A DNA stretch of 64,000 nucleotides from Eledone cirrhosa (lineage: Eukaryota), in the NCBI GenBank assembly GCA_964016885.1, contig OZ024740.1, positions 17,732,001-17,796,000 on the forward strand. Direction: 5' to 3'. Within the stretch, counting starts at the first letter, position 1. Each line of letters opens with the position of its first letter. The notes beneath the pieces are model-generated. The model saw only the letters and a list, made by a program, of their open reading frames with translations. It searched no databases and had not been told where the DNA came from. Both the position numbers and the translations under genes were made by a program. Shown piece by piece: positions 54,670 through 64,000 of this stretch.

Positions 54670-57600
54670 ACTAACAACTAAGCAAGTGAACAACCTCTTA
54701 TATGGCCCTCTGGTAAACTAACAACCAAGCAAGGGAACAACCTCTTATATGGTCCTCTGGTAAACTAACAACCAAGCAAGTGAACAACCTCTTATATGGC
54801 CCTCTGGTAAACTAACAACTAAGCAAGTGAACAACCTCTTATATGGCCCTCTGGTAAACTAACAACCAAGCAAGGGAACAACCTCTTATATGGTCCTCTG
54901 GTAAACTAACAACCAAGCAAGTGAACAACCTCTTATATGGCCCTCCAGTAAACTAACAACCAAGCAAGTGAACAACCTCTTATATGGTTCTCTGGTAAAC
55001 TAACAACCAAGCAAGTGAACAACCTCTTATATGGTTCTCTGGTAAACTAACAACCAAGCAAGTGAACAACCTCTTATATGGCCCTCTGGTAAACTAACAA
55101 CCAAGCAAGTGAACAACCTCTTATATGGTCCTGTGGTAAACTAACAACTAAGCAAGTGAACAACCTCTTATATGGCCCTCTGGTAAACTAACAACTAAGG
55201 AAGTGAACAACCTCTTATATGGTCCTCTGGTAAACTAACAACCAAGCAAGTGAACAACCTCTTATATGGCCCTCTGGTAAACTAACAAATAAGCAAGTGA
55301 ACAACCTCTTATATGGTCCTCTGGTAAACTAACAACCAAGCAAGTGAACAACCTCTTATATGGCCCTCTGGTAAACTAACAACCAAGCAAGTGAACAACC
55401 TCTTATATGGCCCTCTGGTAAACTAACAACCAAGCAAGTGAACAACCTCTTATATGGTCCTCTGGTAAACTAACAACAAAGCAAGTGAACAACCTCTTAT
55501 ATGGCCCTCCGGTAAACTAACAACCAAGCAAGTGAACAACCTCTTATATGGTCCTCTGGTAAACTAACAACCAAGCAAGGGAACAACCTCTTATATGGTC
55601 CTCTGGTAAACTAACAACCAAGCAAGTGAACAACATCTTATATGGTCCTCTGGTAAACTAACAACCAAGCAAGTGAACAACCTCTTATATGTCCCTCTGG
55701 CAAACTAATAACCAAGCAAGTGAACAACCTCTTATATGGTCCTCTGGTAAACTAACAACTAAGCAAGTGAACAACCTCTTATATGGCCCTCTGGTAAACT
55801 AACAACTAAGCAAGTGAACAACCTCTGATATGGTCCTCTGGTAAACTAACAACCAAGCAAGTGAACAACCTCTTATATGGTCCTCTGGTAAACTAACAAC
55901 CAAGCAAGTGAACAACCTCTTATATGGTTCTCTGGTAAACTAACAACTAAGCAAGTGAACAACCTCTTATATGGTCCTCTGGTAAACTAACAACCAAGCA
56001 AGTGAACAACCTCTTATATGGCCCTCTGGTAAACTAACAACCAAGCAAGTGAACAACCTCTTATATGGTCCTCTGGTAAACTAACAACCAAGCAAGTGAA
56101 CAACCTCTTATATGGTCCTCTGGTAAACTAACAACCAAGCAAGTGAACAACCTCTTATATGGCCCTCCGGTAAACTAACAACCAAGCAAGTGAACAACCT
56201 CTTATATGGTTCTCTGGTAAACTAACAACCAAGCAAGTGAACAACCTCTTATATGGCCCTCTGGTAAACTAACAACCAAGCAAGTGAACAACCTCTTATA
56301 TGGTCCTCTGGTAAACTAACAACTAAGGAAGTGAACAACCTCTTATATGGCCCTCTGGTAAACTAACAACCAAGCAAGTGAACAACCTCTTATATGGTCC
56401 TCTGGTAAACTAACAACTAAGGAAGTGAACAACCTCTTATATGGTCCTCTGGTAAACTAACAACCAAGCAAGTGAACAACCTCTTATATGGCCCTCCAGT
56501 AAACTAACAACCAAGCAAGTGAACAACCTCTTATATGGTTCTCTGGTAAACTAACAACCAAGCAAGTGAACAACCTCTTATATGGTTCTCTGGTAAACTA
56601 ACAACCAAGCAAGTGAACAACCTCTTATATGGCCCTCTGGTAAACTAACAACCAAGCAAGTGAACAACCTCTTATATGGCCCTCTGGTAAACTAACAAAT
56701 AAGCAAGTGAACAACCTCTTATATGGTCCTCTGGTAAACTAACAACCAAGCAAGTGAACAACCTCTTATATGGCCCTCTGGTAAACTAACAACCAAGCAA
56801 GTGAACAACCTCTTATATGGTCCTCTGGTAAACTAACAACAAAGCAAGTGAACAACCTCTTATATGGCCCTCCGGTAAACTAACAACCAAGCAAGTAAAC
56901 AACCTCTTATATGGCCCTCTGGTAAACTAACAACCAAGCAAGTGAACAACCTCTTATATGGTCCTCTGGTAAACTAACAACCAAGCAAGTGAACAACCTC
57001 TTATATGGTTCTCTGGTAAACTAACAACTAAGCAAGTGAACAACCTCTTATATGGTCCTCTGGTAAACTAACAACCAAGCAAGTGAACAACCTCTTATAT
57101 GGTCCTCTGGTAAACTAACAACCAAGCAAGTGAACAACCTCTTATATGGCCCTCCGGTAAACTAACAACCAAGCAAGTGAACAACCTCTTATATGGTTCT
57201 CTGGTAAACTAACAACCAAGCAAGTGAACAACCTCTTATATGGCCCTCTGGTAAACTAACAACCAAGCAAGTGAACAACCTCTTATATGGTCCTCTGGCA
57301 AACTAACAACCAAGCAAGTGAACAACCTCTTATATGGTCCTCTGGTAAACTAACAACTAAGCAAGTGAACAACCTCTTATATGGTCCTCTGGTAAACTAA
57401 CAACTAAGCAAGTGAACAACCTCTTATATGGTCCTCTGGTAAACTAACAACCAAGCAAGTGAACAACCTCTTATATGGCCCTCTGGTAAACTAACAACCA
57501 AGCAAGTGAACAACCTCTTATATGGCCCTCTAGTAAACTAACAACCAAGCAAGTGAACAACCTCTTATATGGCCCTCTAGTAAACTAACAACCAAGCAAG

Positions 57601-59957
57601 TGAACAACCTCTTATATGGCCCTCTGGTAAACTAACAACCAAGCAAGTGAACAACCTCTTATATGGTCCTCTGGTAAACTAACAACCAAGCAAGTGAACA
57701 ACCTCTTATATGGCCCTCTGGTAAACTAACAACCAAGCAAGTGAACAACCTCTTATATGGCCCTCTGGTAAACTAACAACCAAGCAAGTGAACAACCTCT
57801 TATATGGTCCTCTGGTAAACTAACAACCAAGCAAGTGAACAACCTCTTATATGGTCCTCTGGTAAACTAACAACCAAGCAAGTGAACAACCTCTTATATG
57901 GCCCTCCGGTAAACTAACAACCAAGCAAGTGAACAACCTCTTATATGGTTCTCTGGTAAACTAACAACCAAGCAAGTGAACAACCTCTTATATGGCCCTC
58001 TGGTAAACTAACAACCAAGCAAGTGAACAACCTCTTATATGGTCCTCTGGTAAACTAACAACTAAGGAAGTGAACAACCTCTTATATGGCCCTCTGGTAA
58101 ACTAACAACCAAGCAAGTGAACAACCTCTTATATGGTCCTCTGGTAAACTAACAACTAAGGAAGTGAACAACCTCTTATATGGTCCTCTGGTAAACTAAC
58201 AACCAAGCAAGTGAACAACCTCTTATATGGCCCTCCAGTAAACTAACAACCAAGCAAGTGAACAACCTCTTATATGGTTCTCTGGTAAACTAACAACCAA
58301 GCAAGTGAACAACCTCTTATATGGTTCTCTGGTAAACTAACAACCAAGCAAGTGAACAACCTCTTATATGGGCCTCTGGTAAACTAACAACCAAGCAAGT
58401 GAACAACCTCTTATATGGTCCTGTGGTAAACTAACAACTAAGCAAGTGAACAACCTCTTATATGGCCCTCTGGTAAACTAACAACTAAGGAAGTGAACAA
58501 CCTCTTATATGGTCCTCTGGTAAACTAACAACCAAGCAAGTGAACAACCTCTTATATGGCCCTCTGGTAAACTAACAAATAAGCAAGTGAACAACCTCTT
58601 ATATGGTCCTCTGGTAAACTAACAACCAAGCAAGTGAACAACCTCTTATATGGCCCTCTGGTAAACTAACAACCAAGCAAGTGAACAACCTCTTATATGG
58701 TCCTCTGGTAAACTAACAACCAAGCAAGTGAACAACCTCTTATATGGCCCTCCGGTAAACTAACAACCAAGCAAGTGAACAACCTCTTATATGGCCCTCT
58801 GGTAAACTAACAACCAAGCAAGTGAACAACCTCTTATATGGTCCTCTGGTAAACTAACAACCAAGCAAGTGAACAACCTGTTATATGGTTCTCTGGTAAA
58901 CTAACAACTAAGCAAGTGAACAACCTCTTATATGGTCCTCTGGTAAACTAACAACCAAGCAAGTGAACAACCTCTTATATGGCCCTCTGGTAAACTAACA
59001 ACCAAGCAAGTGAACAACCTCTTATATGGCCCTCTGGTAAACTAACAACCAAGCAAGTGAACAACCTCTTATATGGTCCTCTGGTAAACTAACAACCAAG
59101 CAAGTGAACAACCTCTTATATGGTCCTCTGGTAAACTAACAACCAAGCAAGTGAACAACCTCTTATATGGCCCTCCGGTAAACTAACAACCAAGCAAGTG
59201 AACAACCTCTTATATGGTTCTCTGGTAAACTAACAACCAAGCAAGTGAACAACCTCTTATATGGCCCTCTGGTAAACTAACAACCAAGCAAGTGAACAAC
59301 CTCTTATATGGTCCTCTGGTAAACTAACAACCAAGCAAGTGAACAACCTCTTATATGGCCCTCCGGTAAACTAACAACCAAGCAAGTGAACAACCTCTTA
59401 TATGGTTCTCTGGTAAACTAACAACTAAGCAAGTGAACAACCTCTTATATGGTCCTCTGGTAAACTAACACCAAGCAAGGGAACAACCTCTTATAGGGTC
59501 CTCTGGTAAACTAACAACTAAGCAAGTGAACAACCTCTTATATGGTCCTCTGTTAAACTAACAACCAAGCAAGGGAACAACCTCTTATATGGTCCTCTGG
59601 TAAACTAACAACTAAGCAAGTGAACAACCTCTTATATGGTCCTCTGGTAAACTAACAACTAAGCAAGTGAACAACCTCTTATATGGTCCTCTGGTAAACT
59701 AACAACCAAGCAAGTGAACAACCTCTTATATGGTCCTCTGGTAAACTAACAACCAAGCAAGTGAACAACCTCTTATATGGCCCTCTGGTAAACTAACAAC
59801 CAAGCAAGTGAACAACCTCTTATATGGTCCTCTGGTAAACTAACAACCAAGCAAGTGAACAACCTCTTATATGGTCCTCTGGTAAACTAACAACCAAGCA
59901 AGTGAACAACCTCTTATATGGTCCTCTGGTAAACTAACAACCAAGCAAGTGAACAAT
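54670..59957. repeat. 47-bp satellite, ~112 copies
   Basis: CTAACAACCAAGCAAGTGAACAACCTCTTATATGGYCCTCTGGTAAA. Confidence 0.98.
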
Positions 59958-60059
59958 TCTCTTGAATACCATTTAAATGTTTCATCCACACAGTGTGTCT
60001 GCATCTGTTTGTGTGTGTGTGTGTATAAGAGCTCTTCAGTTGATTCAATAACTGACATC

Positions 60060-60495
60060 TTTAGTGCTGGTGCCATGAAAAAGACATCCAGTAGACCCTG
60101 TAAAATAGTTGGAGATACAAAAAACATCCAGTTGTAGAAACCATGCTAAACAATGCTTTGAGAGGACTCTAGAGTTGTGTGTAGAGCACGGTAACCTCTA
60201 TAGTGTTGGTGACAAAATGTAACGTACCTACAACACTGTGTAAAGTCGTTGATTATTGGAAGGGTATCCAGCCATAGAAAACTTACCAAAATAAAGGTGG
60301 TGATGGTGAGGGGGTTGAGACATGAAAGCCTAGTGATGGTACCATGGAAATGGTTTCCAGGGAAACTCTGGAGAGTAAGAGAGTGAGGGAACATATGTAA
60401 GCGATATATGGCTCACAACCCATTTGTGAGGTGTGTAGCTCTGATGACCCATCCAACCCATGCTTGCAGAGAGAATGGACATTAAATGACCATGT
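60060..60495 (+). mobile_element. Old, degraded RTE/SINE-type 3' tails
   Basis: TGTAAA..GTTG...GGAAGGGTATCCAGCCATAGAAA and CCATCCAACCCATGCTTGCA..GGACATTAAATGA. Confidence 0.6.
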
Positions 60496-60502
60496 CATTT
60501 AG

Positions 60503-60588
60503 AAGCTGTACCAATGACACTGCTGTCCAGCAATGTAAAGTATAGAGATGACCCAGACACTCTGATGCAATTTAATGAGGAAATTAAG
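60503..60588 (+). other. Candidate 86-nt coding exon (AVPMTLLSSNVKYRDDPDTLMQFNEEIK)
   Basis: tcatttag acceptor, AAG|gtaatt donor, open non-repetitive frame; protein not recognised. Confidence 0.45.
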
Positions 60589-60695
60589 GTAATTAGTTTG
60601 AAATTGGTTAATTGTACTAAGTAACGAATAAGAGAAAGGATTGCAGAACTTCTTTGGTAGAATCAATTACCCCCCCCCCCCCAACACAGGCTGAA

Positions 60696-62275
60696 GTATA
60701 CATCTAGTGTACTACACCCCACCCCAGTACACATCTAGTGTACTACACCCCACCCCAGTATACATCTAGTGTACTACACCCCACCCCAGTATACATCTAG
60801 TGTACTACACCCCAGTACACATCTAGTGTACTACACCCCACCCCAGTATACATCTAGTGTACCCCACCCCACCCCAGTATACATCTAGTGTACCCCACCC
60901 CACCCCAGTATACATCTAGTGTACTACACCCCACCCCAGTACACATCTAGTGTACTACACCCCACCCCAGTATACATCTAGTGTACTACACCCCACCCCA
61001 GTACACATCTAGTGTACTACACCCCACCCCAGTATACATCTAGTGTACCCCACCCCACCCAGTATACATCTAGTGTACTACACCCCACCCCAGTATACAT
61101 CTAGTGTACCCCACCCCAGTATACATCTAGTGTACTACACCCCACCCCAGTATACATCTAGTGTACCCCACCCCACCCCAGTATCCATCTAGTGTACCCC
61201 ACCCCACCCCAGTATCCATCTAGTGTACCCCACCCCAGCCCAGTATCCATCTAGTGTACCCCACCCCACCCCAGTATCCATCTAGTGTACCCCACCCCAG
61301 TATCCATCTAGTGTACCCCACCCCACCCCAGTACCCATCTAGTGTACCCCACCCCACCCCAGTACCCATCTAGTGTACCCCACCCCACCTCAGTATCCAT
61401 CTAGTGTACTACACCCCACCCCAGTATCCATCTAGTGTACCCCACCCCACCCCAGTATCCATCTAGTGTACCCCACCCCACCCCAGTATCCATCTAGTGT
61501 ACCCCACCCCACCCCAGTATCCATCTAGTGTACCCCACCCCACCCCAGTATCCATCTAGTGTACCCCACCCCACCCCAGTATCCATCTAGTGTACCCCAC
61601 CCACCCCAGTATCCATCTAGTGTACCCCACCCCAGTATCCATCTAGTGTACCCCACCCCAGCCCAGTATCCATCTAGTGTACCCCACCCCACCCCAGTAT
61701 CCATCTAGTGTACCCCACCCCAGTATCCATCTAGTGTACTACACCCCACCCCAGTATACATCTAGTGTACCCCACCCCACCCCAGTATCCATCTAGTGTA
61801 CCCCACCCACCCCAGTATCCATCTAGTGTACCCCACCCACCCCAGTATCCATCTAGTGTACCCCACCCCACCCCAGTATCCATCTAGTGTACCCCACCCC
61901 ACCCCAGTATCCATCTAGTGTACCCCACCCCACCCCAGTATCCATCTAGTGTACCCCACCCCAGCCCAGTATCCATCTAGTGTACCCCACCCCACCCCAG
62001 TATCCATCTAGTGTACCCCACCCCAGTATCCATCTAGTGTACTACACCCCACCCCAGTATACATCTAGTGTACTACACCCCACCCCAGTATACATCTAGT
62101 GTACCCCACCCACCCCAGTATCCATCTAGTGTACCCCACCCCACCCCAGTATCCATCTAGTGTACCCCACCCCAGCCCAGTATCCATCTAGTGTACCCCA
62201 CCCCACATCACCCCAGTATCCATCTAGTGTACCCCACCCCACCCACCCCAGTATCCATCTAGTGTACCACACCCC
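60696..62275. repeat. ~31-bp C-rich minisatellite (CAGTATMCATCTAGTGTAC..CACCCCACCC)
   Basis: Direct reading. Confidence 0.96.
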
Positions 62276-62369
62276 TTCCATTTACCTCACATTCCACCCC
62301 CTATACACACCTAAATACCTATCTCCTACAGACCTCTCCCACCAAAGTCACCAGTACACACTGTAAAAG

Positions 62370-63849
62370 GGTGTTGCTGTTGTTGTTGGTGGTGTTGGTA
62401 TTGTTGTTGGTGGTGGTGTTGGTGGTGTTGGTGTTGTTGTTGGTGGTGGTGTTGGTGTTGGTGGTGGTGTTGGTGTTGGTGGTGGTGTTGGTGTTGTTGT
62501 TGGTGGTGGTGGTGGTGTTGGTGGTGGTGTTGTTGTTGGTGGTGGTGGTGGTGTTGGTGGTGGTGTTGGTGTTGGTGTTGGTGGTGGTGTTGGTGTTGGT
62601 GGTAGTGTTGGTGTTGTTGTTGTTGGTGGTGGTGGTGTTGTTGTTGTTGGTGGTGGTGGTGTTGGTGGTGGTGTTGTTGTTGTTGTTGTTGGTGGTGGTG
62701 TTGTTGTTGGTGGTGGTGGTGTTGTTGTTGTTGGTGGTGGTGGTGGTGTTGGTGTTGTTGTTGGTGGTGGTGGTGGTGGTGTTGTTGGTGGTGGTGGTGT
62801 TGGTGTTGTTGTTGGTGGTGGTGTTGGTGTTGTTGGTGGTGGTGGTGGTGTTGTTGTTGGTGGTGGTGGTGTTGGTGTTGTTGTTGGTGGTGGTGGTGGT
62901 GTTGTTGGTGGTGGTGGTGTTGGTATTGTTGTTGGTGGTGTTGGTATTGTTGTTGTTGGTGGTGGTGGTGGTGTTGTTGGTGGTGGTGGTGGTGTTGTTG
63001 TTGGTGGTGGTGGTGGTGTTGTTGTTGGTGGTGGTGGTGGTGTTGTTGTTGTTGGTGGTGGTGGTGGTGTTGGTATTGTTGGTGGTGGTGGTGGTGTTGG
63101 TATTGTTGTTGGTGGTGGTGGTGGTGTTGTTGGTGGTGGTGGTGGTGTTGTTGGTGGTGGTGGTGGTGGTGTTGGTGTTGTTGGTATTGTTGGTGGTGGT
63201 GTTGGTGTTGTTGTTGGTGGTGGTGTTGGTGTTGGTATTGGTGGTGGTGGTGGTGTTGGTATTGTTGGTGGTGGTGGTGTTGGTGGTGGTGGTGGTGTTG
63301 GTGGTATTGTTGGTGGTGGTGGTGGTGGTGGTGTTGGTGGTATTGTTGTTGGTGGTGGTGGTGGTGTTGTTGGTATTGTTGGTGGTGGTGGTGGTGTTGG
63401 TGTTGTTGTTGGTGGTGGTGTTGGTGTTGTTGTTGGTGGTGGTGGTGGTGGTGGTGTTGGTGGTATTGTTGGTGGTGGTGGTGGTGGTGTTGGTGTTGTT
63501 GTTGGTGGTGGTGGTGTTGGTGTTGTTGTTGGTGGTGGTGTTGGTGTTGTTGTTGGTGGTGTTGGTGTTGTTGGTGGTGGTGGTGGTGTTGGTAGTGGTG
63601 GTGTTTGTGGTGTTGGTGGTGGTGGTGGTGTTGTTGGTAGTGGTGGTGTTGGTGGTGTTGGTAGTGGTGGTGTTGGTAGTGATGGTGTTGGTGGTGGTGT
63701 TGTTGATGGTGGTGGTGGTGGTGTTGTTGATGGTGGTGGTGGTGGTGTTGTTGATGGTGGTGTTGGTGGTGGTGGTGTTGGTGGTGTTGGTGGTGGTGTT
63801 GGTATTGTTGTTGTTGGTGGTGGTGGTGTTGGTTTTGTTGTTGTTGGTG
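62370..63849. repeat. 1.5-kb compound trinucleotide array (TGG/TGT)n
   Basis: Direct reading; triplet phase unbroken. Confidence 0.96.
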
Positions 63850-64000
63850 CAAATGTTGGGAATGAAGAAGACACTATTAACTAGAGTTGAAATTCTACCC
63901 TAAACTAGAGAGAAGGAATAACAATGTCACAGAATTGCAGTATAGCTATGTAACCTTTTCATGACCACATTTATGACAAAATACTATTTTGATTAATGAA

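Noticed and set aside
54670-59957. Regular 47-bp array (also the 45-bp and 91-bp arrays) as CRISPR
   Set aside because: No unique spacers, no cas genes, eukaryotic context
62371-63903. 510-aa poly-Val/Leu plus-strand ORF and the poly-His/Gln minus frame
   Set aside because: Alternative frames of the triplet array with implausible composition

Overview
Eukaryotic, non-genic or intronic, extremely repeat-rich DNA. The repeat complement (tRNA-head SINEs with RTE-type (GAT)n tails, RTE LINEs, huge degenerate TA arrays) suggests a coleoid cephalopod such as Octopus; this is inference only. Three zones. (1) 1-8.2 kb: minisatellites, decayed non-LTR fragments, SINEs and a foldback MITE. (2) 8.2-37.4 kb: degenerate (TA)n/CA microsatellite holding at least nine pieces of one young RTE LINE family (APE + RT + PHD-like finger; longest copy a 902-aa uninterrupted but 5'-truncated ORF), partner SINEs, a CR1 fragment, Penelope-like pieces (GIY-YIG, pLTRs) and a C2H2-tailed RTE-like mini-element. 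(3) 37.4-64 kb: DNA-transposon MITEs followed by many unrelated tandem arrays. Main observations: four hand-foldable type I hammerhead ribozymes (three share a U-U pair at the base of helix II, one sits in the loop of a 185-bp palindrome that would block it); a 7.3-kb frame-preserving 15/18-bp array readable as one ~2,450-aa TVPHP(P/T/S) exon with a single 1-nt break; ultra-short retro-inserts all truncated at the same hairpin position; a minisatellite made of a SINE A-box; and a probable TE-mediated inversion. No host gene could be named, only isolated candidate exons. Nearly all long ORFs in the supplied track are microsatellite artefacts.
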